Shown: positions 8,065 through 16,272 of the stretch, piece by piece
Layout: each line of letters starts with the position of its first letter
Numbering within the stretch: the stretch's first letter is position 1
Source: Halogeometricum borinquense DSM 11551
GTDB lineage: Archaea; Halobacteriota; Halobacteria; Halobacteriales; Haloferacaceae
DNA length: 32,000 nucleotides
Direction: 5' to 3'
Assembly: GCF_000172995.2 (NCBI RefSeq)
Contig: NC_014729.1
Location: forward strand, 2,010,001-2,042,000
Notes under the pieces: generated by a model
The model's database searches: none
The model's input: only the letters and a program-made list of their open reading frames with translations
What the model was told of the DNA's origin: nothing
Translations under genes and position numbers: made by a program

Positions 8065-9396
8065 ATGACCGTCACAATCGTCGGTTCCCAGTTGGGTGAC
8101 GAGGGGAAGGGTGCCCTCGTTGACCTGTGGGGAGGCGACGCGGACGTCGTCGCTCGATATCAGGGTGGCGACAACGCCGGGCACACCGTCGTCGAAGACG
8201 GCGACGAGTACAAACTTTCGCTGGTTCCGAGTGGGGCCGTTCGCGGCAAGATCGGTATCCTCGGTAACGGCTGTGTCATCAATCCGAAGACGCTGTTTTC
8301 GGAGATTGACGAACTGCGCGAGCGCGGACTCGACCCCGATGTACGGCTCGCCGAACGCGCGCACGTCATTATGCCGTACCACCGCCGCCTCGACAACATC
8401 GAGGAAGAGGCGAAGGCGGATTCCGAACTGACCGTCGGCACCACCGGCCGTGGGATCGGTCCCACATACGAGGACAAGGCTGGCCGCCGCGGTATTCGCG
8501 TCGGAGACCTCTTAGACCCCGAAGTACTCCGCCAGCGACTGGAGTACGTCGTCCCGAAGAAGCGTGCGCTCATCGAGAACGTCTACGGTCTCGAAGCGGG
8601 CGAGGAGTGCGATGTCGAGAAACTGTTCGAGCAGTACGCCGAGTACGGGCGTCGGCTCGAATCCGAGAACATGACCGTCAACTGCGGAAACTTCCTCGCC
8701 GAACGGCGTTCGGCGGGCGAGAACGTCATGTTCGAGGGCGCACAGGGGACGCTCATCGACATCGACCACGGGAGCTACCCGTACGTCACGTCGTCGAACC
8801 CGACGGCTGGCGGGGCCGCGACCGGGACCGGCGTCGGACCGACCGTCGTCGGTCAGGGTGAAGTCGTCGGCATCGTCAAGGCGTATCTCTCGCGCGTCGG
8901 CGAGGGGCCGATGCCGACCGAACTGAAAAACGACGAGCATCAAGAAGAACTCGCAGACTACATCCGCGAGAAAGGTGGCGAGTTCGGGACGGTCACCGGC
9001 CGACCGCGCCGTATCGGCTGGCTCGACATCCCGATGCTCCGCCACTCCGCACGAGTCAGCGGTCTCACCGGCCTCGCCGTCAACCACCTCGACGTTCTCG
9101 CCGGTCTGGACGAGGTGAAGGTGGGCCACTCCTACACGCTCGACGGCGAAGAGTACCTCACGATGCCCGCAACGACCGAACGATGGGCACAATGTGAACC
9201 GAACCTCCGTGAGTTCGAGACGTGGGACGACGTTGACTGGACCGAAGTGGCTGCGGAAGGCTACGACGCCATCCCCGCCGCTGCGCAGGACTATCTCGAA
9301 TACATCTCGGAAGAAGTTGGCGCACCGATCTACGCCGTCGGCGTCGGGCCGGACCGCGCGGAGACGGTCGAAGTCGTCAACCCGTTCGAGCAGTAA
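8065..9396 (+). CDS. purA: Adenylosuccinate synthetase
   Basis: Family signatures: GSQLGDEGKG (P-loop), GNGCVI, TTGRGIGP, GAQGTLIDIDHGSYPYVTSSN, TGRPRRIGWLD. The ORF opens at TTG 8038. ATG 8065 (MTVTIVGSQ...) matches the canonical N-terminus. Confidence 0.95.
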   Translation: MTVTIVGSQLGDEGKGALVDLWGGDADVVARYQGGDNAGHTVVEDGDEYKLSLVPSGAVRGKIGILGNGCVINPKTLFSEIDELRERGLDPDVRLAERAHVIMPYHRRLDNIEEEAKADSELTVGTTGRGIGPTYEDKAGRRGIRVGDLLDPEVLRQRLEYVVPKKRALIENVYGLEAGEECDVEKLFEQYAEYGRRLESENMTVNCGNFLAERRSAGENVMFEGAQGTLIDIDHGSYPYVTSSNPTAGGAATGTGVGPTVVGQGEVVGIVKAYLSRVGEGPMPTELKNDEHQEELADYIREKGGEFGTVTGRPRRIGWLDIPMLRHSARVSGLTGLAVNHLDVLAGLDEVKVGHSYTLDGEEYLTMPATTERWAQCEPNLREFETWDDVDWTEVAAEGYDAIPAAAQDYLEYISEEVGAPIYAVGVGPDRAETVEVVNPFEQ

Positions 9397-9418
9397 GCAC
9401 CGCTCCGCTTCGGTTTCG

Positions 9419-9423
9419 TTTTT
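9419..9423 (+). terminator. Oligo-T tract (T5) 23 nt after the purA stop
   Basis: Archaeal termination commonly occurs at T-runs. This is the only T5 in the short convergent spacer. Confidence 0.4.
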
Positions 9424-9446
9424 CGCTCCGTTCGCACCGACAGTGG

Positions 9447-9824
9447 TTACGCCGGACTCGCGTCTATCGTGACGATATCATCGCGGAACGACTCCACCGC
9501 GGTAAGGACGGTCTCTCGGTCGTCGGCAGGAACGTCGTGAATTTCGAGGGCGGCATCGAGATGTGCCGCGATTGCGTCGTACTCTTCGTGGGTAATATCG
9601 AGATGCTCGTGTGCGGCGGCCATGTTCTCGCCGTCGTATTCGACGGGGCCACCCGCGACCGCGGACAGAAACTGTGTCTGGTGTGCGCGTTGTTTGGTCA
9701 TGTCTACGTCCTCGAAGAACGGACGCAGTTCATCGTCTGCGAGGATACGGTCGTAAAACGTATCGACTACGGATGCGAGCGCATCGCGCCCACCGAGTCG
9801 TCGATAGAGCGTCTGATCAGACAT
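9447..9824 (-). CDS. Truncated hemoglobin (2-on-2 globin, group I-like)
   Basis: LYRRLGG..A...VVDTFYDRILADDELRPFFE....QRAHQTQFLSAVAGGPVEYDG.NM..AHEHL.IT..EYDAIAAHLDAAL matches the trHb pattern (B9-B10 FY, E-helix Q, proximal His in HEHL). The ORF opens at 9833. ATG 9824 (MSDQ...) is preferred. Confidence 0.85.
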   Translation of the reverse strand: MSDQTLYRRLGGRDALASVVDTFYDRILADDELRPFFEDVDMTKQRAHQTQFLSAVAGGPVEYDGENMAAAHEHLDITHEEYDAIAAHLDAALEIHDVPADDRETVLTAVESFRDDIVTIDASPA

Positions 9825-9934
9825 ACACAGCACCGTCGGAGGGAGTTAGAAAAAGCCACCACCCCGGTTCTCAGTTCGTTAGAACGGCGCTGCGAACCCG
9901 TAATCTTTTGTCGTATCGAGACTCACAGCGGAGT

Positions 9935-10123
9935 ATGAAAGAATCTCTGATGGACATCCTCTGCGACCCGCTCGACAAGAGCGACCTCGAACTCAAAGTC
10001 ACGGAGCGAGACGGTGACGAGATCATCACCGGCCGCCTCGTCGGTACTGTCACGGGCGAGGAGTACCCCATCGAGGATGGCATTCCGAACCTGCTTCCGC
10101 CGGACATGCGGGACGCCGAGTAG
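9935..10123 (+). CDS. Trm112-like small protein (62 aa, cysteine-poor variant)
   Basis: LMDILCDPLDKSDLEL ... EYPIEDGIPNLLP resembles the Trm112/UPF0434 pattern (LL.ILVCP...L ... YPI.DGIP.LL). The long 9611 ORF start is an unlikely non-ATG extension that overlaps the globin gene in antisense. Confidence 0.7.
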   Translation: MKESLMDILCDPLDKSDLELKVTERDGDEIITGRLVGTVTGEEYPIEDGIPNLLPPDMRDAE

Positions 10124-10173
10124 TTCCACCCCGACCTGAACGCTTTTTAATTGTCGGGTAGACTCAACCAGAC

Positions 10174-10761
10174 GTGACTGAGTCGCTCCGAGTCGAGTTG
10201 AACGGAGATGGTCTGCACGCCATCGACGCACCGCCGTCGTTCTCGGTGGCCGGTGCGTTCGACGTACTGTTGGCGAATACCGGGCAGGCCGTTCACGTTC
10301 ACCTCCACCTCGACGACGACTTATCCCGGGTTGCTCGCCTCGATGCGGGCAACCATTACGTCCAAGGAGACGAATCTCAGCGCGTCCACGTCAGCACGTC
10401 GCCCAAGTCAGAGCCAGTGTCGGGGAAACTCAAAATCGTCACCGGCTACGGTGCGGAAACGTCGTACATCGACGTAACTATCGAACCGACACCGGGGACG
10501 AAAGCCGGAGTTGACGTGGACGAGACGTTGAGTAAACCGCCAAAGCGAGAGCCAGAACCATCGCTTACCGAGGAACTCGCTGAAACAATCGATGGCGTTC
10601 TCCCATCGCGGGGGGCACTGCCTATCGTCGGCTTACTGCTCCTCGTCTTGGCCGTTGCGGGGGTTATCCTCAGCGCTGTCCAGAGTACCGCCGTCGTCCT
10701 CAGTGTTGGGGTTGTCCTCGGTGCCGCCACCGTCGGTGCCGTCTTCCTGCTGCGAAAGTAG
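10174..10761 (+). CDS. Hypothetical protein: beta-rich N-terminal domain, acidic linker, C-terminal double TM anchor
   Basis: GTG start sits 27 nt downstream of the centre of a TATA-like CTTTTTAATT (10143-10152). No signal peptide. C-terminal hydrophobic LPIVGLLLLVLAVAGVILSAV and VVLSVGVVLGAATVGAVFLL. Confidence 0.6.
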   Translation: MTESLRVELNGDGLHAIDAPPSFSVAGAFDVLLANTGQAVHVHLHLDDDLSRVARLDAGNHYVQGDESQRVHVSTSPKSEPVSGKLKIVTGYGAETSYIDVTIEPTPGTKAGVDVDETLSKPPKREPEPSLTEELAETIDGVLPSRGALPIVGLLLLVLAVAGVILSAVQSTAVVLSVGVVLGAATVGAVFLLRK

Positions 10762-10807
10762 GGCAGCGATGACGCGACTCGGGAGATAGCAGCGACGCCC
10801 GCGGCCT

Positions 10808-11938
10808 TTAGTCGTCGTGACCGGCGGCCTCCTCCTCGTCCGCTCGGTCTGTCGGCGTTCCCGAGAGGTTTCCGTCCTCGTCAAATCGCTTCGTGCGGAG
10901 GAATCGCGTCCGGTAGCGGTTCGCGCCTTCGTAAACGTCCGCCTCGCGGATGTCATCGATGCGGCCGTCCGCGACGGCGTCGATGATATCCTCGATCTGT
11001 TCTTTCTCCGAGGGCGTGAGTTCGAACTCGTACGTCTGCGTTTCCTCGCTCTCCAATCGAGTCCACTTGCGTGAGGCGGCGATGACGAGCGAACACGGCT
11101 CCCGGCATGGGAAGACGCCGTCGCCACCGTCCGCTTCGAGTTCCGTCTCCTCGTTGTACTGCCACTCTCGCCGTTTGAGACACTGCGAGTCGTCACAGCA
11201 GGTTTCGGCGACCCACTCGACGTGTTCGTGGCCGCCACCGCGGTTCCACGTCTCGATGACGCTGTAGATTCCAGTCTGTCGCTCGACGGTCTCTTCCCAG
11301 TGGGACACGTCGAGTTCACCCTCGCGTTCGAGGTTCCAGTTCGCAATTGTCGCCGGGTAGAACGCATCGACCGCTTCGATGAGGTCGCGGCCGTCTAATT
11401 CGGGAAACACCCACCCGGAGACGATCGTCGGCGCGGTTTTGAGCGGTCGGTATCGACCCCGGTCATCGAAGGTGGCGAGTTCGCGGGCGTCCAGCGGGTC
11501 GGTGTACTCGTCCAGTTTCGACCGGTCTGCGTCTGCGTCGTCCTCGTGTCGAATCTCGTACCGCCGTTCGCCCGCCGCATCCAACGTCGCGGTAATCCGG
11601 AGTTCGCCCCACTCAGTGTGGACGCCGTCCGCGAGTTCGGCGTAGCGTTCGGGGACAGACCACTCGTCGGCCGCCTCCAGTTTCCGAAGGAACGCGTGGC
11701 GATGTCGTCCGCGGTCACCGACCTCGACTTCCCAGTAGTACCAGTTCGTCACGTACGGTTCGGCATCCACCGCGATGTCACGAAGTCCGCTCTCCGAGAG
11801 AGCGTCCTGTGCCACCTCGGGCGTCTCGAACGCGTAGCTGTCTCCGTCGCGGGAGACGGACAGACCGTCGAAATCGATTGGCTGCTCGTCTACGTGCCGA
11901 ACGAGCGCGTCGAGTTGTTCTTCGCGCACGTCAGTCAC
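10808..11938 (-). CDS. DR2241-like protein (Cys-rich, putative Fe-S binding), coupled to cbiX
   Basis: The ORF opens at 12028, but that start would overlap cbiX by 98 nt. In-frame GTG at 11938-11936 overlaps the cbiX stop (GTGACTGA). Cysteine cluster CCDDSQC ... FPCREPC. My family assignment comes from remembered association of DR2241-type proteins with CbiX and is not verified. Confidence 0.6.
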   Translation of the reverse strand: MTDVREEQLDALVRHVDEQPIDFDGLSVSRDGDSYAFETPEVAQDALSESGLRDIAVDAEPYVTNWYYWEVEVGDRGRHRHAFLRKLEAADEWSVPERYAELADGVHTEWGELRITATLDAAGERRYEIRHEDDADADRSKLDEYTDPLDARELATFDDRGRYRPLKTAPTIVSGWVFPELDGRDLIEAVDAFYPATIANWNLEREGELDVSHWEETVERQTGIYSVIETWNRGGGHEHVEWVAETCCDDSQCLKRREWQYNEETELEADGGDGVFPCREPCSLVIAASRKWTRLESEETQTYEFELTPSEKEQIEDIIDAVADGRIDDIREADVYEGANRYRTRFLRTKRFDEDGNLSGTPTDRADEEEAAGHDD

Positions 11939-12806
11939 CTGCGGCCGGCGTTTCGCGCGTTTCCTCGCGGACCGTTGCGATGGCCTCGTCAATGTCCGCA
12001 CCGGCATCGGCGGCACGTTCGAGAACAACGTCGGCCATCAGTCCCTCGGTGCCGACAGCACCGGCGTACCAGATGCGGTGGCCGTCTACCGCAGCGGGCA
12101 CGTCGTAGCCCGTTCGGTAGTCGTCGGTGAGGCCCATGTCCTCCGGAATGTCCTCCTGTGTGTGGAACCCGTCGGCGATGAAGAGGGGGACGACGACGAT
12201 GTCGTCGGACTCGAAGTAGTCGGTTACGTCGTCCACCTCGGGTTCTTCGTCCATGTACAGCGCCTGCACCTCATCGAAGCGATCCATCTGGCGGACGCGG
12301 TCGGCGTGATATTCGATAGCCTTCGCGGAGTTCTCGTTACGCTCGGTCCCGTGACCGACGACGGCGAAGCCGAACCCCTCGCCGACGTCCGGGTCGCCAG
12401 TCACTGTCTCTGCGCGACGAACGAGCACGTCCGTCATCGACTCGTGGGTACCGACTGGACCGCAGTAGTGGACAGTCTGACTCGTGTCCTCGGCGGTCAA
12501 CGTCGCGGTATCGGCGCTCAGGCCGTCTGAGTCCCACTGGGAGACATCCCACCCGTCGAGACGGAGTTCACGGGGGATGACCTGTTCGGTGAAGTACCCC
12601 TCGCTGATGAACAGCGGGACGACGAACACCTCGTCTGATTCGACGGTCCGAAGCACCTCCCGAAGTGAGGGTTCTTCCTTCCAGAAGCCGGTCTTCACTT
12701 CGTCGAACGCGTCCGTCGCGCGGATGGTGTCCGCGTGACGCTGCGTCGGCGTACTCGAATCCGGGTTCAAATGCGACCCGTGCGCCACGATGACCAGCGC
12801 TTGCAT
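11931..12806 (-). CDS. cbiX: Sirohydrochlorin chelatase, two-domain CbiX type
   Basis: Two tandem CbiX-like halves starting ALVIVAHGSHLNPDSS and GFAVVGHGTERNENSA, each followed by (V)VPLFI(S/A)(E/D)G. Confidence 0.85.
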   Translation of the reverse strand: MQALVIVAHGSHLNPDSSTPTQRHADTIRATDAFDEVKTGFWKEEPSLREVLRTVESDEVFVVPLFISEGYFTEQVIPRELRLDGWDVSQWDSDGLSADTATLTAEDTSQTVHYCGPVGTHESMTDVLVRRAETVTGDPDVGEGFGFAVVGHGTERNENSAKAIEYHADRVRQMDRFDEVQALYMDEEPEVDDVTDYFESDDIVVVPLFIADGFHTQEDIPEDMGLTDDYRTGYDVPAAVDGHRIWYAGAVGTEGLMADVVLERAADAGADIDEAIATVREETRETPAAGD

Positions 12807-12976
12807 GACCGGACGTTATGAGAGAACGACCTTAGGGACTTCGCATTCCGAAAAGGAATCTTGGCAATTTCTGAGTCCCAGTTCGTCTCTCACACCACTC
12901 GTTTACGGTCCGTGGAGGTGACCTTCCGTTCACGGCTGACAATATACTTTTGTGCCCCTCGTTCGACTCCCCGGTC

Positions 12977-13480
12977 ATGTCACTTGCCGCTGCGACACGA
13001 GATGCAGTCCGGGCGCGCCCATCCCTTCTCTACGCGCTTCGCGCGGGGGTCGTAAACTACACCGCCGCCGCAGAAAGTCTTGATGTGGAAGGAGATACCG
13101 ACTCTATCGCTACCGCTCTTCGCCGGTTCGCGGACGACCTTCCACCGGTTGAGATCGAACACCGAGAGGTGACCGTCCGGATGCGGAGCGGGGTCGGACT
13201 CGCGGGCGAAGACGTTGACGCCGACGCCGATGACGACCGCGTACTCACCGTCGGCGACGTCGATTTTGTCGCGTCCGGGGGCGGACTCACGGCGCTTGTC
13301 GTAACCGGTGAGGTTGATACTCGCGCCCTCTCGGTCGTCTGTGACCGACTGGATGCCGAGAATATCCTCGTAGATGCCGCGGGCGTTGCAGACGATGAAC
13401 TCGTCGTCGTCGTTCCCCAGCGTCAGGGCGCGACGGCGCTTCGACACGTCGAATCAGTGTTCGAGTCGCTACCGGTGTGA
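12977..13480 (+). CDS. Conserved-looking hypothetical protein, C-terminal ACT-like pattern
   Basis: ATG 12977 lies 32 nt downstream of the centre of TATA-like AATATACTTT (12941-12950). The C-terminal half LTALVVTGEVDTRALSVVCDRLDAENILVDAAG..DELVVVVP resembles an ACT fold pattern. That resemblance is weak. Confidence 0.6.
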   Translation: MSLAAATRDAVRARPSLLYALRAGVVNYTAAAESLDVEGDTDSIATALRRFADDLPPVEIEHREVTVRMRSGVGLAGEDVDADADDDRVLTVGDVDFVASGGGLTALVVTGEVDTRALSVVCDRLDAENILVDAAGVADDELVVVVPQRQGATALRHVESVFESLPV

Positions 13481-13597
13481 GCGGTGGTCGCCACCGTGAG
13501 GGCTGTCGCCGTGGTAGCCGATTAATGACATAATGGTAACAATACCTATTTACTATCGCCACGATGGTCGAGACGCCCGGTATGGTTTGGAGTTGTT

Positions 13598-13695
13598 AAC
13601 GGACACGGGCCAGCGAGAAGGAGACCCATGCTCCGGCTCGCTTCCCGAATGGGCAGTCCGTGGGCGAGTACCTCATCTCGCCCGCCGGGCTTTTT
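13598..13695 (+). ncRNA. Candidate structured small RNA or leader element ending in a T5 tract (class unknown)
   Basis: Hairpin A: AGCGAG-AA-GGAG-loop-CUCC-GG-CUCGCU (13612-13642). Mini-hairpin CCC-GAAU-GGG (13644-13653). Hairpin B: GGGCGAG-UACCUCAU-CUCGCCC (13662-13683). ACGGAC (13599-13604) can pair with GUCCGU (13656-13661). T5 at 13691-13695. AT-rich promoter-like CCTATTTACTA lies at about 13545-13555. Confidence 0.25.
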
Positions 13696-13814
13696 CCAAC
13701 CGTACGGTGTGACCACGACTCGTTCAAGCAGAGACGCGACTGAGGAGGCAGCACTGCATTTTTAGACCGTCCGTTCCGACGGGTTGAAAAACACGTCCGG
13801 AGTACGTGCTGACG

Positions 13815-15302
13815 ATGACGCTGTCCGTGACCAACACCCTGACGGGAGAACGCGAGGAGTTCGAGCCACAGGACGACGACGACGTGTTGCTCTACGTCTG
13901 TGGGCTGACGGTCTCGGACGACGCCCACCTCGGTCACGCCCGCCTGTGGATGCACGCCGACGTGATGCACCGGTGGTTAGAGCACGAGGGCTACACCGTC
14001 CACCACGTCGAGAACTTCACCGACGTAAACGAGAAGATTGCCGCACGCATCGGAGACGACGAACTGGGCCAAAGTGAACCCGACGTGGCGCGGCACTTCA
14101 CCGACCACGTTATCCGCGACATGCGCGGTCTGAATCTCAAGCGTGCGGAGGTGTACCCTCGCGTCTCCGAACACGTCCCACAGATCATCGACCTCATCGA
14201 GACGCTAACTGAGAACGGATACGCCTACGAATCGAACGGGTCGGTCTACTTCGACGTGACCGCCTTCGAGGACTACGGGAAGCTCTCGAATCAGAAAATA
14301 GAGGAGATGGAGGCACAGGGCGAAGCGGACGAACGCGCCGAGAAGCGCCATCCTGCGGACTTCGCACTCTGGAAGGCGGGCGCGGTCTCGCCCGACGCCG
14401 TGGCCGAACATCGGCCCGAGGAACTGGACCCCATCGAGGACGCCTGCGGCGAGACGTGGGAGTCGCCGTGGGGTGAGGGCCGTCCGGGCTGGCATATCGA
14501 ATGCTCGGCGATGTCGATGACGCATCTCGGAGACACCATCGACATCCACGTCGGCGGCCGCGACTTGGTGTTCCCGCACCACGAGAACGAAGTCGCCCAG
14601 AGCGAGGCGGCGACGGGCCAGACGTTCGCGCGCTACTGGCTTCACGTCGGTCTCCTCCAGATGGAAGACGACAAGATGTCCTCCAGTCTGGGCAACTTCT
14701 TCACCGTCTCGGACGCCTTAGACGAGTTCGGCGTGGACGTAATCCGGACGTTCTACCTCTCGACCGGATACGGCGCAGAGCAGACGTTCAGCGACTCAGC
14801 GATGGCAGAGGCCGAAGAGCGCTGGGACCGACTCGAACGCGCCTACGAGACGGCTATCGAGGCGTGCGACAGTCCCGACGCCTACGCTTCCGTTGAGGAC
14901 GCCGACCTGCGCGAGGCCATCGAGACGACCCAAACGGACTTCCAGAAGGCGATGAACGACGACTTCAACGTCCGCGAGGCGATGGCCGCTCTCATCGAAC
15001 TCGCCCGTGCGGTCAACACGCACGTCAACGACGCCGACGAGTACGATTACCGTGGCCTCCGCGAAGCTATCGAGACGTTCGAGGACCTCGGCGGCGACGT
15101 GTTCGGACTCAGCTTCGGTGACGCGGCCGACGGCGGCGACGTAGAAATTGCAGAAGACCTCGTGTCGCTTCTGTTGAACGTGCGCGAGGCCGAGCGCGAG
15201 GCGGGTAACTACGAACGGGCCGACGAACTTCGCGACGAACTCGACGCACTCGGCGTCGAAGTCCACGATTCCGAAGACGGCCCGTCGTTCCGCTTCGAGT
15301 AA
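13815..15302 (+). CDS. cysS: Cysteine--tRNA ligase
   Basis: Class I signatures HLGHAR (HIGH) and KMSSSLGN (KMSKS). Also [22 protein letters not shown]. The ORF opens at GTG 13806. ATG 13815 lies about 28 nt from the AT-rich TTGAAAAAC. Confidence 0.95.
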   Translation: MTLSVTNTLTGEREEFEPQDDDDVLLYVCGLTVSDDAHLGHARLWMHADVMHRWLEHEGYTVHHVENFTDVNEKIAARIGDDELGQSEPDVARHFTDHVIRDMRGLNLKRAEVYPRVSEHVPQIIDLIETLTENGYAYESNGSVYFDVTAFEDYGKLSNQKIEEMEAQGEADERAEKRHPADFALWKAGAVSPDAVAEHRPEELDPIEDACGETWESPWGEGRPGWHIECSAMSMTHLGDTIDIHVGGRDLVFPHHENEVAQSEAATGQTFARYWLHVGLLQMEDDKMSSSLGNFFTVSDALDEFGVDVIRTFYLSTGYGAEQTFSDSAMAEAEERWDRLERAYETAIEACDSPDAYASVEDADLREAIETTQTDFQKAMNDDFNVREAMAALIELARAVNTHVNDADEYDYRGLREAIETFEDLGGDVFGLSFGDAADGGDVEIAEDLVSLLLNVREAEREAGNYERADELRDELDALGVEVHDSEDGPSFRFE

Positions 15303-15355
15303 GGTATCGGTCCGTTTCGAGCGAGACAGTATGCTCCCAATCTACGACGTACCAG

Positions 15356-15643
15356 TCACTCCATCGTGAACAAGTCAGTATCTTCCGGAACGTCGAAAAG
15401 ACCCATTCTGACGCCCGCATCCAGCCAGCCGTAGCCGTACGAGAACGAAGCGAGCGCGTTCACCGGATCGTCATTCTCGCGGAAGTGATGACCGTCTTCG
15501 AGATAGGAGATTGCCATCTCCTCGATGTCTACCGCGGCGTCTCCGAGGGGCGTCTCCGGCGGGACCGCGATTGTCGCCGCCGCAAGTGCGTCTTCGAGCA
15601 TTCGACCGTAGCGGTCGGTTTTCTCCGCTAACTCCGCAGGCAT
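15356..15643 (-). CDS. DUF357 family protein (95 aa)
   Basis: SYLEDGHHF...DDPVNALASFSYGYGWLDAGVRMG matches the archaeal DUF357 pattern as I recall it. Confidence 0.75.
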   Translation of the reverse strand: MPAELAEKTDRYGRMLEDALAAATIAVPPETPLGDAAVDIEEMAISYLEDGHHFRENDDPVNALASFSYGYGWLDAGVRMGLFDVPEDTDLFTME

Positions 15644-15733
15644 GGGGTCACTTCCGCGACGCGACCGTATGAAGGCCCGGCTTCGACTATCGTCTGACGG
15701 GTATTTTTGTTGGTCGAGATAGAACTGGAAGAC

Positions 15734-16162
15734 ATGTCCCTCCTATTCCGATCCATACTGGCGGGTGAAGACGTACGGGCAACCGCACGGTCTCTCGCCA
15801 TCTCCGTCGGTCTCCTCCCGCTCGTCTTCCTCGCGTACGAGTACTACTCTCAGCAAACGCTCGTCGGCGCGGCGTTCTTCCCGTCTCCGCTCGGCGCACT
15901 CGTCGTCTTTGCCGCGGCAATCGCGGCGTACAGAAACCGCGGCGGGGTCGCAATCATCTCGTTCGGCGTGTTCCCGCCGCTCGGGTTCGCGTTGTTGTCT
16001 CATCTGCACGTTCTGCACCGTCCGCTGACGGAACGACTGACGCTCGCTGCCACGAGTTCGGCGCTCATCGTCGGCTTCGTGTTTGCCTGTTTCGGATGGG
16101 CATTCGGGGCGACAGCCCGGCGTCTCATCGGATCGATGTGGGAACCCCGCGACCAGATCTAA
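15734..16162 (+). CDS. Integral membrane protein, unknown function (142 aa from ATG)
   Basis: About four hydrophobic helices. The ORF opens at TTG 15707. The first ATG is at 15734. Confidence 0.55.
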   Translation: MSLLFRSILAGEDVRATARSLAISVGLLPLVFLAYEYYSQQTLVGAAFFPSPLGALVVFAAAIAAYRNRGGVAIISFGVFPPLGFALLSHLHVLHRPLTERLTLAATSSALIVGFVFACFGWAFGATARRLIGSMWEPRDQI

Positions 16163-16240
16163 CTCGGCCTCGCGTCGGGTGTGAAATACCACCACGGTAA
16201 TTACTGTCGGTCACGACGACAATCGCGCACGACAGCGGAA

Positions 16241-16249
16241 CCTAAAAGG
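16241..16249 (+). promoter_or_regulatory. TATA-like box CCTAAAAGG about 28 nt upstream of the trxB ATG
   Basis: Spacing fits a leaderless transcript. It shares the 11-mer CTAAAAGGCCG with the box at 863-873. Confidence 0.4.
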
Positions 16250-16272
16250 CCGGGTCTAGCCAACGGGAGAGC

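Noticed and set aside
9611-9934. Long N-terminal extension of the Trm112-like ORF (170-aa version)
   Set aside because: It has a non-ATG start and Arg-rich composition, and it runs antisense through the globin gene. ATG 9935 gives the canonical roughly 60-aa Trm112-like protein, with an AT-rich box about 32 nt upstream.
11939-12028. Longest-ORF start (12028) or ATG 12007 for the DR2241-like gene
   Set aside because: These would overlap the cbiX C-terminus by 70-98 nt, and the extra residues are basic and atypical. GTG 11938 gives a classic stop/start overlap. This is not proven, so the alternative remains possible.
13481-13805. Possibility that the structured intergenic region is SRP (7S) RNA, RNase P RNA or a tRNA
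   Set aside because: It is too short for archaeal SRP RNA (about 300 nt plus promoter) or RNase P RNA. On neither strand could I find the helix-8 GGAA-tetraloop/AGCA arrangement, the RNase P CR-I/CR-V motifs, or a cloverleaf with a T-loop. It is kept only as an unclassified candidate RNA.
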